DNA of 64,000 bases from Myxococcales bacterium (GCA_047601445.1 JASGJH010000001.1:3168001-3232000); one strand, 5' to 3'; positions 41,069-50,260 are shown, numbered from the stretch's first letter. The notes: a model not told the origin generated them from the sequence alone. Program-made: numbers and translations.

Positions 41069-42273
41069 GCCTGGTCTCTCTTCCTCAAGATCACCGCCGA
41101 AACGTTGCCGTAGTACCCAAGCGCAGTGATCAACACGTGGCGCACTTCGCGAGGGGCGTCACCGCGCAACAGAGGCTTCGGCTCAATGCCCGACAAAAAC
41201 CCGACCGCGGCCGCCATGCTTAGTGCCGCGGCCGCGCCAAACGTTTCGCCCCAAATGCCCTTTGTGGCCACGGTGGCCACATCCGAGCCGAACACGCGCG
41301 CCAAGCCCTCTTCTTCGGCCAGGTCCACGCGACTGACCCCGCTCGCGGCGCAGGCCACCAAATCCACCTGCTCGGGCTCGATCCCGGCATCGGCCAGGGC
41401 TGCGCGCACCGCGCGCTCCACCGTGACGTCCGAAGCATGCACCAGCTGCGCCTCCGAGAACGGCGGATCGAAGGCCGTTCCGAAGCCCACGATCTCCGCC
41501 CATACCTTGGCCCCGCGCGCCGCGGCGCTCTCGAGGCTCTCGCACACGAGCAACGCCGCCCCCTCGCCCAGGTGCGTGCCACGGCTCGTCACGTCGCCTG
41601 GTTCGGAAGGGCGGTCCCCTTCGCTGATCACGCCGAGCTTCTCGAAGGCGAGGTAGAGCGGCTCGCTCACCACCTCGGCGCCCCCCACCATTAGCGCATC
41701 GGCGCGCCCGCAGGCGATGTGGGTCTCTGCCGTGAGCACCGCGTTGGCGCCGCCGCAGTTGCCGTCGACGATAGTCACGTTGGGCCCTTCGAGCCCCTCC
41801 CAGATGCTCACGTAGCCCGCGGCACTGTTGATCACCGTGTTGGGAAAGCGCGACGGGTTCAGGTAGCGGGGATGCTCGAGCTCGGCCACGCGATTGATCT
41901 CGGTGATGCTGTCGAGGGAGCCGTAGGCCGTGGCCGCGCAGATGCCGAGCCGCTCGGGCCCCACACTCGCGAACGCCCCCTCACGCTTCAGTCCAGCGTC
42001 TTCCAGCGCGTGCTTGGCCGCCACCACCAACAGGCGCGTCATGCGGTCGAAGTTGCGCAGCCCCTTGTCACCCAGATACTGCGCCGCGTCGAAGTCGCTC
42101 ACCTCGGCCACGATGGCACGTGCGAAGCGCGCGTCCGTGAGCACACTGCGCGGCCCCGCGAACGCGCGCTTCTTGGCCGCGACCGGATCCGCCAGCGCCG
42201 CGAAGAAGGCCTCCCGCCCCACCCCCACCGGACTGACCACCGAGAGTCCCGTAATCGCCAGTGGATGCATCAA
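41065..42273 (-). CDS. Ketosynthase-like chain length factor (catalytically inactive)
   Basis: KS fold (ITG..VSPVG, FPNTVIN, LGEGAA). Active-site motifs are replaced: GPNVTIVDGNC, ACAASG, KGIWGET. Confidence 0.8.
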   Translation of the reverse strand: MMHPLAITGLSVVSPVGVGREAFFAALADPVAAKKRAFAGPRSVLTDARFARAIVAEVSDFDAAQYLGDKGLRNFDRMTRLLVVAAKHALEDAGLKREGAFASVGPERLGICAATAYGSLDSITEINRVAELEHPRYLNPSRFPNTVINSAAGYVSIWEGLEGPNVTIVDGNCGGANAVLTAETHIACGRADALMVGGAEVVSEPLYLAFEKLGVISEGDRPSEPGDVTSRGTHLGEGAALLVCESLESAAARGAKVWAEIVGFGTAFDPPFSEAQLVHASDVTVERAVRAALADAGIEPEQVDLVACAASGVSRVDLAEEEGLARVFGSDVATVATKGIWGETFGAAAALSMAAAVGFLSGIEPKPLLRGDAPREVRHVLITALGYYGNVSAVILRKRDQA

Positions 42274-43523
42274 GTGCTCCCGGCACCGCGCCGCGCGACG
42301 GGCACCGGCAGAATCCCTGGCTTCGCGAACGTGACGACCGCGTCATATCCCCCGAAGGCCAGCGCATTGTTGAGCACGATGTCGGCCTTGCCGGCACGCG
42401 CCTGATTGCGCACCACCTCCACGTCGCACTCGGGGTCGGCTTCTTCGTGATGGATGGTGGGCGGGTAGATGCCGGTCAAAATGGTCTCCACGCAGGACAC
42501 CGCCTCGAGCGCGCTGGCCGCACCCATGCAGTGCCCCACCATGCTCTTGATGCTCGAGATCGGCACCCGGCGTCCCTCGAACACTTCCTTGATCACCACG
42601 CTCTCCACTTGATCGTTGGCGGGTGTGCCCGTCCCATGGGCGTTCACGAAGTCCACTTGCCCGTGCGTGAGTCCGCTGGCCGCGATGGCCTCGCGCATGG
42701 CCCGGATGCTGCCCTTGCCCTCGGGATGCGGGCGCGTGATGTGATACGCGTCGCAGGCCAGTCCGTAGCCGCCGACTTCCGCGAGCAGGTTCGCGCCGCG
42801 ACGCCTGGCGTGCTCCTCCGATTCCAGCACCAGCACGGCCGCGCCCTCGCCGATCAGCAACCCCTTGCGGTTCTTGTCGAACGGCTGACAGTACTCGGGA
42901 GCGATGGCTCCGAGCCGCACGAAGCCCGCGAACTGCACCTTGTCGAGGATCTCGCTGGCGCCCGTGATCACCACGTCGGCGCGCCCTGCCCGAATCTGAT
43001 CGAGGGCGAAGCCGATGGCGTAGTTGCCTGCCGCGCAGGCGGCCGGCAGGGTCTGGACCAGGCCGCGTGCACCCACCGCGCGCGCCACGTGTACCGGCAA
43101 CAGCGTGGTCCCGTAGCGAGCCAACTTGCTGGTGGCCACGGCCTCTTCGCCGCGGTGCAGCCAGGCGCTCTCGAGCTCGGAGATCACGTCGACCTCGCCC
43201 ATGGTGGTGCCGAGCACCACGCTGGCACGCTCGCTGGCGAGGTTGGCCTGCGCGAGCCCCGCGTCTTCGACGGCCATGCGCGCTGCCGCGATGGCGAATG
43301 CCGAACAGCGACCGGCACGACGCGCCTCGGCCGCGCTCAGATGATCGCGTGGACGAAAGTCGGGCACCTCGCAGGCTCGATCTCGACCGAGGTCCTTGGG
43401 GTCGAACAGGGAGACCGTGCGCGCCCCGGAACGACCTTCCAAGAGCGCTTGCCAGAAGGCTTTTCGACCAAGCCCCAGGGAGCTAACCACCCCCATGCCG
43501 GTCACGTACACGCGGCGTGACAT
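42270..43523 (-). CDS. Beta-ketoacyl-ACP synthase (FabF-like, Cys-His-His)
   Basis: AACAAG, NAHGTGT, KSMVGHCMGA, FGG. 4-nt overlap with the CLF gene. Confidence 0.93.
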   Translation of the reverse strand: MSRRVYVTGMGVVSSLGLGRKAFWQALLEGRSGARTVSLFDPKDLGRDRACEVPDFRPRDHLSAAEARRAGRCSAFAIAAARMAVEDAGLAQANLASERASVVLGTTMGEVDVISELESAWLHRGEEAVATSKLARYGTTLLPVHVARAVGARGLVQTLPAACAAGNYAIGFALDQIRAGRADVVITGASEILDKVQFAGFVRLGAIAPEYCQPFDKNRKGLLIGEGAAVLVLESEEHARRRGANLLAEVGGYGLACDAYHITRPHPEGKGSIRAMREAIAASGLTHGQVDFVNAHGTGTPANDQVESVVIKEVFEGRRVPISSIKSMVGHCMGAASALEAVSCVETILTGIYPPTIHHEEADPECDVEVVRNQARAGKADIVLNNALAFGGYDAVVTFAKPGILPVPVARRGAGST

Positions 43524-43659
43524 TGGGCTTGGCGGTTTACCCCAGGGCTCCCCCAAGCGCCAGCATGACGCAGACGCAAGAGTGAATCGGAAGCGAGACA
43601 GCGGAGGGCGTCCACAGACCATGCGGCGGGCGCCGACGCATGCTAAGCGGTGGGCCCCT

Positions 43660-45351
43660 ATGGTCGATGTTCCCCGCACCTTCGTCGAGGCTCTGGAACG
43701 GCTGCCAGCCGGGGAACAAAGAGGATTCCGCTTCGTCACCTCGACTGGGGACGAGCTCTTCTTATCCTATGACAGCCTGCGCCGCGAGGCGACGCGACGG
43801 GCGGGCCTGCTGGCCGAGGCCGGCGTGGCCAAGGGCGATCGCGTGGCCCTGGTCATCCCGGAGGGGCACGACTTCGTGCTCAGCTTCTTGGCCGCAGTCA
43901 TCGCCGGCGCGGTCCCGGTCCCGATCTTTCCGCGCGCGACTTTCAAGGCCAGCTCGGACTACGTCGACTCGGTAGCGCACATCACGGAGGCCAGCGGCGC
44001 ACGCATCCTGCTGTCGGGCGCCGCCAACGCCGAGCTGGTTCAACCAGCTAAGCAGCGCGTGCCCGGGTTGGCCGAAATCGCCGTCACCGAAGCGCTGTTC
44101 ACACCGGAACGCGCCAGCGCGAGCTTCGCTCCGCCAAAAATCGACTCGGCGGATCTGTGCTTTTTGCAGTTCACCTCGGGGAGCACGGCTCGTCCCAAGG
44201 GAGTGATGGTCAGCCATGGCAACCTGATCGCCAATGTCACCTCCTTCCTCGGCCCCCACGGGCTAGCCCGCCGCGACGACGACGTGGGCGTCAGCTGGCT
44301 CCCGCTCTTTCACGATATGGGCCTGATCGGCTTCGTGTTGGGCCCCCTGGTGGTCGACATTCCGGTGGTGCTCCTGCCCACGGCCACCTTCGCACGCGGC
44401 CCGCGCATCTGGCTCGAGACCATCCACAAGCACCGCGGCACCATCACCTACGCGCCCAACTTCGCCTACAGCCTGGCTCTCAAGCGGCTCAAGCCCAAGG
44501 ACGTCGAGTCCCTCGATCTATCGTGTCTGCGCATCGCGGGCTGCGGCGCGGAACCCATCCACGCCGAGACCTTGCGCAGCTTCGCCCGGGCGCTCGCACC
44601 CGCCGGCTTCAAACCCGAGGCGCTCTTGCCCAGCTACGGCATGGCGGAGTCCACCCTCGCGATCAGCTTTCATCCGCGGGGTACGCCCATGGAGGTCGAT
44701 CGCGTCGATTCGACGGCACTGCGAAAAGGGCACGCCAGCCCAGCCCCGGAAGCTGCCGCCGACGACAGCCTGGAGGTCGTCAGCTGTGGTGTCCCCTTCC
44801 CCGATCACGAGCTGCGCATCGTCGACGAGCAAGGCCAGGTCCTGCCCGAGCGGCAGGTCGGCCAGGTGCTCGCGCGGGGACCGAGCGTGTGTCTCGGCTA
44901 CTTCGAGAATCCCGAAGCGACCTCCGCCAGCTTCCCGAACGACGGCTTCCTGCACACGGGCGATCTCGGTTACCTGGCGGACGGAAAGCTGCACATCTGC
45001 GGACGCCTGAAGGACCTCATCATCATCCGTGGCGCCAACTTCCATCCACAGGACCTCGAGTGGGCGGTCTCCGAGATCGAGGGCGTCCGGCGGGGGAACG
45101 TGGTCGCTTTCAGCACCCCTATTTCGGGGGAAGAGCGCCTGGTGCTCGCAGTGGAGTGCGCCTCATTCGAGGCGTCCCAAGTCCGAGCCCGGGTGGCCGC
45201 CAGGGTAAACGAAGCTTTTGGCCTGACGCCCCATCACGTGGCAACTGTAACTGTAGGAAGCTTGCCAAAGACTTCGAGTGGGAAGCTACAGAGAGCGAAG
45301 ACTCGCGATTTGTACATTGGCCAACAGTTGGACGAGCACGCCGAGTCATGA
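43660..45351 (+). CDS. Fatty acyl-AMP ligase (FAAL)
   Basis: LQFTSGSTARPKGV, SWLPLFHDMGL, PSYGMAE, FAAL insertion (VDRVDSTALRKGHA), TGDLG, GRLKDLII, KTSSGK. Confidence 0.92.
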   Translation: MVDVPRTFVEALERLPAGEQRGFRFVTSTGDELFLSYDSLRREATRRAGLLAEAGVAKGDRVALVIPEGHDFVLSFLAAVIAGAVPVPIFPRATFKASSDYVDSVAHITEASGARILLSGAANAELVQPAKQRVPGLAEIAVTEALFTPERASASFAPPKIDSADLCFLQFTSGSTARPKGVMVSHGNLIANVTSFLGPHGLARRDDDVGVSWLPLFHDMGLIGFVLGPLVVDIPVVLLPTATFARGPRIWLETIHKHRGTITYAPNFAYSLALKRLKPKDVESLDLSCLRIAGCGAEPIHAETLRSFARALAPAGFKPEALLPSYGMAESTLAISFHPRGTPMEVDRVDSTALRKGHASPAPEAAADDSLEVVSCGVPFPDHELRIVDEQGQVLPERQVGQVLARGPSVCLGYFENPEATSASFPNDGFLHTGDLGYLADGKLHICGRLKDLIIIRGANFHPQDLEWAVSEIEGVRRGNVVAFSTPISGEERLVLAVECASFEASQVRARVAARVNEAFGLTPHHVATVTVGSLPKTSSGKLQRAKTRDLYIGQQLDEHAES

Positions 45352-45493
45352 AATAGGCAGCTTGTCTGAATTTGTAGAAGGATTGGACGCGTCGATAGCT
45401 GGCCCGTAGAGTTCGCGCGATTAAAGCGTCGAGCCCTCAGTGTTCCAAAACGGAACGTGGCTTCGGAACGTGTCCTGGAGAAGCAATCTGTCT

Positions 45494-45745
45494 ATGAAGC
45501 GCCCTCAACTGATCAAGCTCTTCCGCGACTTGGCGAGTGAGATCGCTGAGAAGGACCTGAGCTTCGTGCAGGAGGAAAGCGCCATCGCTGACCTCGGCAT
45601 TGACTCCCTCGCCATGCTGGAACTGGTGGGCACGATGGAGCGCGAACTGCGTATCCGGGTACCCGACGAGCAGCTGGTGGGACTCGAAACGGTGCGTCAG
45701 CTTCTCGAGCTGGTGGAGCGGCGTCTGCCGCAGAGCGCAGCCTGA
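45494..45745 (+). CDS. Acyl carrier protein 1
   Basis: DLGIDSLAM phosphopantetheine motif, 83 aa. Confidence 0.9.
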   Translation: MKRPQLIKLFRDLASEIAEKDLSFVQEESAIADLGIDSLAMLELVGTMERELRIRVPDEQLVGLETVRQLLELVERRLPQSAA

Positions 45746-45784
45746 GTTCGGGACTACCGCTGAGCCAAGCGAGACTGGAAACGC

Positions 45785-46012
45785 ATGATGGAACTTAAAG
45801 AGAAGCTGCGCGCGATCGTGGCGGAAGTCAGTGAGATCGACCTGATCCCCGACGAGACGCCCTTCGCCGATCTCGGGATCGACTCGATGATGGCGCTGGA
45901 GATCGTGGCCGAGGTCGAGCGCACCTACAAGGTCAGCGTGCCCGAGGATGAACTCAAGGGTCTGACCAACTTCCAGTCGGTCTACAACCTGTTCGCCGCC
46001 AAGCTCAGCTGA
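45785..46012 (+). CDS. Acyl carrier protein 2
   Basis: DLGIDSMMA motif, acidic, 75 aa. Confidence 0.92.
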   Translation: MMELKEKLRAIVAEVSEIDLIPDETPFADLGIDSMMALEIVAEVERTYKVSVPEDELKGLTNFQSVYNLFAAKLS

Positions 46013-46229
46013 GAGGACTCGGGGGCTGCACCTGGTATCGACTCGATACCGGCCGCGGTCGCGCTCTTGAGACCTAGGCTGCGGTTCGGAAGGGGACGGC
46101 TTTACCGGTGCCGCTGACAGGCACCGCAGAGGCACGTCCCCTTTGGCCTTTTCGGTGCCCAGCGCGGCCTTCGCAGGGGCCTGTACGGGGGGCGGTCAGC
46201 GCGGTCTCCACGGTGGGTCATTTTGGTTA

Positions 46230-46267
46230 TCGACTTCCGGGTAGATTTTCATAGACTCGCCCGTCGA
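46230..46267 (+). promoter_or_regulatory. Tandem imperfect palindromes (candidate TetR operators) overlapping a -35/-10 promoter
   Basis: TCGAC-N6-GTAGA and TAGAC-N6-GTCGA, 22 bp apart. TCGACT-N16-TAGACT. Confidence 0.5.
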
Positions 46268-46867
46268 ATGGGTCGCCCCAAGGCCAGCAGCATCGATGAA
46301 GCCACCCGCGAGCGCCTGCTCGGGGCCGCCGCGCGAGCCTTCGGCTCGTCGGGCTTCAATGGTGCGCGACTCGAAGACATCGCGGCCGACGCGGGCATCC
46401 GACGTTCTTCCCTGCTCTATCACTTCGACAGCAAGCAGACGCTCTACACGGCGGTGCTCGAGCACGCATTCGGGGAGCTGGAGCGGCGCATGGAGATCAC
46501 CATGGCCTCGGCGGACAGCTTCGAGGCGCGCCATCAGAGCTTGGTGGAGGGGATGATCGCCTTCGAGCACGAGCACCAACCGCTCCTGCAGGTGCTGATG
46601 CGCAGCCTGCTCGATCACGACGAGTCGAGCGCCGCCCTGTTGGAGCGCTCCTTCGTGCCACTGGTGGATCGCATCGAGCATTTCATGCGCGTGGGCGCGG
46701 GCGACGCCCTACCCGCGAACTTCCCAGTGCGCGCCGCCATCCTGCAGCAGATCGTGGGCCACCTGGTGCGCTCCGCGATGGGCGCGGCGGGCGAGATGCT
46801 GTGGCGCGGCGAAGCGCATTCCTGGACCCTGGCGCAGGCACTCCTGCGCGGAGCAACGAGACCGTGA
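46268..46867 (+). CDS. TetR/AcrR family transcriptional regulator
   Basis: MGRP..TRERLL..GFNGARLEDIAADAGIRRSSLLYHFDSK. Confidence 0.93.
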   Translation: MGRPKASSIDEATRERLLGAAARAFGSSGFNGARLEDIAADAGIRRSSLLYHFDSKQTLYTAVLEHAFGELERRMEITMASADSFEARHQSLVEGMIAFEHEHQPLLQVLMRSLLDHDESSAALLERSFVPLVDRIEHFMRVGAGDALPANFPVRAAILQQIVGHLVRSAMGAAGEMLWRGEAHSWTLAQALLRGATRP

Positions 46868-46924
46868 CCACGCGTCCCAACGGTCGAAGAGCGCCCTCGG
46901 GCGCGCGAGCGGAGATTGGAGGCA

Positions 46925-47515
46925 TGCGTGCCTGAAGCAGCAGTGACGAAACTCGAGAGCAAGCAGAAGAAGTCGGAGCGTTCCATGGACCTTCCCTCGC
47001 CCACCTACGCCGCCCAGCGCGCCTACGTGGCCATCATGTTCGAGACCATCGGGCGTCTGCTCGAGGCGGCATCGCAGAGCGATGCGGAGATCGCGCGCGA
47101 GCTCGAGGGCTATCGGGACGGCTTCTCGATCGGCTTCTCGGTGCTCGGTGATCCCAAGCTGAAGATGCGGGTCGGCGTGCGCAATGGCCGCTTCGTGCGG
47201 CTGCCGAGCAGCATCCATCCCGAGCTCGAGATCGTGTTCAAGCACATCACGTTCGCGTTCTACGTGCTCAGCTTCAAGGAGAGCACCTCGCGCGCCTATG
47301 CCAACGAGCGCATGCTGACCCACGGCGATACGGCCCATGCCCTGCGCTTCGTGCGCTGCATGAACCGTATGCAAGCCGTGGCGCTGCCGCGCTTCGTGGC
47401 GAACCGGGCGCTCAAGGGCTTCCCGGACATCACCGCGCCCGAAAAGCGCAAACTCGTGACCGACCTCTACGTGAAACTTTTGAGCGGATTCGTGACCCGG
47501 AGCAAATTGCCATGA
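46925..47515 (+). CDS. Hypothetical protein, possibly SCP2-like
   Basis: Coupled to the ADH gene by a 4-nt overlap. PELEIVFK..AYANERMLTHGD fits the SCP2 pattern loosely. Start uncertain. Confidence 0.6.
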   Translation, partial: CVPEAAVTKLESKQKKSERSMDLPSPTYAAQRAYVAIMFETIGRLLEAASQSDAEIARELEGYRDGFSIGFSVLGDPKLKMRVGVRNGRFVRLPSSIHPELEIVFKHITFAFYVLSFKESTSRAYANERMLTHGDTAHALRFVRCMNRMQAVALPRFVANRALKGFPDITAPEKRKLVTDLYVKLLSGFVTRSKLP

Positions 47516-48696
47516 GCGGTTCTTATTTCGAGTTCTTCTGTCCCGTGAAGATCGTGGCGGGTTTCGCCGCGCTCGAGCACATCGCCTACGAGCTCGGCGC
47601 GCGCAGCGCCAGCAAGCCGCTCATCATCACGGATAAGGGCGTGCGCAGCGTGGGTCTCGTGGAGGTCGTGCAAAACGCCCTCAAGAGCGCCGGCGTGTCG
47701 GCGCCACTGGTGTTCGACGACGTGCCCCAGGACAGCGCGACCAACACCGTGACGGCGATTGCCAAGCTGTACCGCAGCGAGGGCTGCGACTCGATCATCG
47801 CCATCGGCGGCGGCTCCGTGATCGACACGGCCAAGGCAGCGAACATTCTGGCCTCCGAGGGTGGTCAGGATCTCACGGCCTACGCGGGCACGAACGTGGT
47901 GAAGCGTCGCCTGCGTCCGCTGTTCGTGCTGCCCACCACGAGCGGCACGGGCTCCGAGGTCACCGCGGTGTCGGTGGTGAAGGACTCGAACTCGGGCATG
48001 AAGTTGCCGTTCGTGTCGCCCTATCTGTTGCCCGACGTGGCCGTGCTCGACCCGCGCATGACCATCGGCTTGCCGCCGTTCTTCACGGCCGCCACGGCCA
48101 TGGACGCGATGACCCACGCCGCCGAGGCCTTCACCTGCCTGGGCAAGAATCCGCTCAGCGACAGCTACGCCAAGGCCGCGATCCAGAAGGTCGCCAGCAA
48201 CGTGGTGGCAGTGCTCGACGAGCCGTCCAACAAGGAGCGCCGACTCGAGCTGGCACTGGCGGCCACCATGGCGGGCATCGCGTTCTCGAACAGCATGGTC
48301 GGCATGGTGCACGCACTCGGCCACACCATCGGCGCGGTAACCCACGTGCCCCATGGCGTATGCATGAGCATCCTCTTGCCGTACGCGCTCGAGTACAACC
48401 TCGACGCGCGCCGACAGGTCATCGGCGAACTCCTGTTGCCGCTCGCTGGCCCGGACGTCTACGCCAAGACCCTGGAGCGCGACCGTCCGCAGGCAGCCAT
48501 CACGGCGATCCGCAGCTTGCGCGAGGCGCTGTGGCAGAAGGCCAAGCTGCCGCGCTCGTTGAGCGAGACAGGCAAGATCACGCGGGACCAGTTGCCGGAG
48601 ATCGCACGCCTCTCGCTGGACGATGGCCCCATGATCATGAACCCGGTCGAGGTCAGCTATCAGGATGCCTTGCGCGTTCTCGAGCGTGCGTTCTGA
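47512..48696 (+). CDS. Iron-containing (group III) alcohol dehydrogenase
   Basis: GGGSVID, PTTSGTGSE, DAMTHAAE, HALGH, HGVC. Confidence 0.93.
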   Translation: MSGSYFEFFCPVKIVAGFAALEHIAYELGARSASKPLIITDKGVRSVGLVEVVQNALKSAGVSAPLVFDDVPQDSATNTVTAIAKLYRSEGCDSIIAIGGGSVIDTAKAANILASEGGQDLTAYAGTNVVKRRLRPLFVLPTTSGTGSEVTAVSVVKDSNSGMKLPFVSPYLLPDVAVLDPRMTIGLPPFFTAATAMDAMTHAAEAFTCLGKNPLSDSYAKAAIQKVASNVVAVLDEPSNKERRLELALAATMAGIAFSNSMVGMVHALGHTIGAVTHVPHGVCMSILLPYALEYNLDARRQVIGELLLPLAGPDVYAKTLERDRPQAAITAIRSLREALWQKAKLPRSLSETGKITRDQLPEIARLSLDDGPMIMNPVEVSYQDALRVLERAF

Positions 48697-48828
48697 AGAC
48701 GGTGGCGGTCCAGGGACCGCCGCTGCTCCCGTGTTCGTATTCGTCTCGTAAGGCGTAGTCGTGCGCGTGCGGCTACGCGTGCGCGTGTCAGCGCGGAGCG
48801 GCGAGGCTTGTGTGCCGTCGCCGTCAAA

Positions 48829-48875
48829 GTTCACGTTAGGTTCACGTCGACGTCGACGACCACCTCAACGTGAAC
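48829..48875. repeat. 47-bp near-perfect palindrome between convergent genes
   Basis: GTTCACGTT-AGGT-TCA-CGTCGACGTCGACG-ACC-ACCT-C-AACGTGAAC. Confidence 0.7.
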
Positions 48876-48886
48876 ACGGGATCGCC

Positions 48887-50260
48887 CTACGGATCCGCGA
48901 GTACCTTGGTGGCGGCTACTTCGCCGCTGCGGATGGCATCGGGGATGCCGACGCCCCGGTAGGCGTTGCCGGCCAAGGCGAAGCCCGCGTGCTTGGCGGT
49001 CAGCGCTTCGATGCGCGCCACGCGCGCCAGGTGGCCGAGCTTGTACTGGGGCATGGCCCGCTCGTAGCGGACCACCCGCGCCCACTTGGGCTCGGCCCGA
49101 ACGCCCATCAGGACGGCCAGCTCCCGCCTGGCGAGTTCGATCAGCTCGGCATCTCGCCAAAGGGCACGCTCCTGCCCCTTGTAACCACCCACGAACACGC
49201 GGATGAGCGCCTTGTCGGCCGGCGCCCGCCCCTCGTACTTCACACTGGCCCAGGTGGAGGCCAAGATTTGGCAGGACTCGCGCGCGGGTACCACGAAGCC
49301 GAACGCATCCATGGCATGGGGCACTTCGCTGCGCTCCCATAGACAGGTCACGGTGGCCGCCGACGCATACTCGATGTCGGAGAGCTCCGCCGCGAGCTTG
49401 GCGTCGAACGCTTGCACGCAGCGCGCCGCCCGGTGCGCGGGCAAGGCGAGCACCACGCGCTCGAATTCTCGCTCGGCGCCGCCAACGGTGACGCGAAAGC
49501 CCGCCGCGTCCCTGGCCACCGCGCTGACCGGCTGCTCCGTGTGGATGACGCCTGAGAGCTCCTTGGCGAGCGCGTCGATGAGCTCCTGCATTCCACCGCG
49601 AAAGGCCACGAACATGCCGTAGCGGGCCCCGGAAGACTGCTCGCTCGCCTGCTTCGCGCGCTGCCTCAATCCCAAGATTACCGAGCGGTGATCGCGCTCG
49701 AGCTCGAGGAAACGCGGCATGGTGGCGCTGAGCGAGAGCGAAGCGGGGTCGGCCCCGTAGATGCCACCCACCAGAGGCTGCGCCAGCTGGTCGAGGGCTT
49801 CGCGGCCAAAGCGTCGCGAGACGAAGCCCTCCAGGCTTTCGTCTTCGCGCGCGCGTCCTCGCGGCAACACCAGGTCCAGGCCCATGCGCAGCTTGCCGGG
49901 CCACGAGAGCAGCGGTGAACGCGCCATGGCGGCCAGATCGGTGGGAGCCATCAACGAGAAGCCCTCGGGCACCCGCTCCAGGACGCCCTCGTGCACGATG
50001 TAAGCGCCCCGCGGAGAGGTCCGCGTTCGGATCAAGCTCGGCTCGAGCCCGAGTTCACGCGCAAGGGCCACGCCCCAGGGCTTCTCCGTGAGGATCGAGT
50101 CGGCGCCGGTCTCCACCACACACTCGTCGATGCGCTGACTGCCGAGCAGGCCGCCGATCCGAGCGGAGGCTTCGAACAACTGCACCTGTGCACCGGCCCG
50201 CTGCAGCCGGAAAGCCGCGCTGAGTCCGCTGATGCCACCGCCGATGACGCACACTCTCAT
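48887..50260 (-). CDS. hemY: HemY-type protoporphyrinogen/coproporphyrinogen oxidase
   Basis: IGGGISGLSAA FAD motif, ETGADS, GIYGAD, AMPQY, GVGIPDAI. Confidence 0.93.
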   Translation of the reverse strand: MRVCVIGGGISGLSAAFRLQRAGAQVQLFEASARIGGLLGSQRIDECVVETGADSILTEKPWGVALARELGLEPSLIRTRTSPRGAYIVHEGVLERVPEGFSLMAPTDLAAMARSPLLSWPGKLRMGLDLVLPRGRAREDESLEGFVSRRFGREALDQLAQPLVGGIYGADPASLSLSATMPRFLELERDHRSVILGLRQRAKQASEQSSGARYGMFVAFRGGMQELIDALAKELSGVIHTEQPVSAVARDAAGFRVTVGGAEREFERVVLALPAHRAARCVQAFDAKLAAELSDIEYASAATVTCLWERSEVPHAMDAFGFVVPARESCQILASTWASVKYEGRAPADKALIRVFVGGYKGQERALWRDAELIELARRELAVLMGVRAEPKWARVVRYERAMPQYKLGHLARVARIEALTAKHAGFALAGNAYRGVGIPDAIRSGEVAATKVLADP

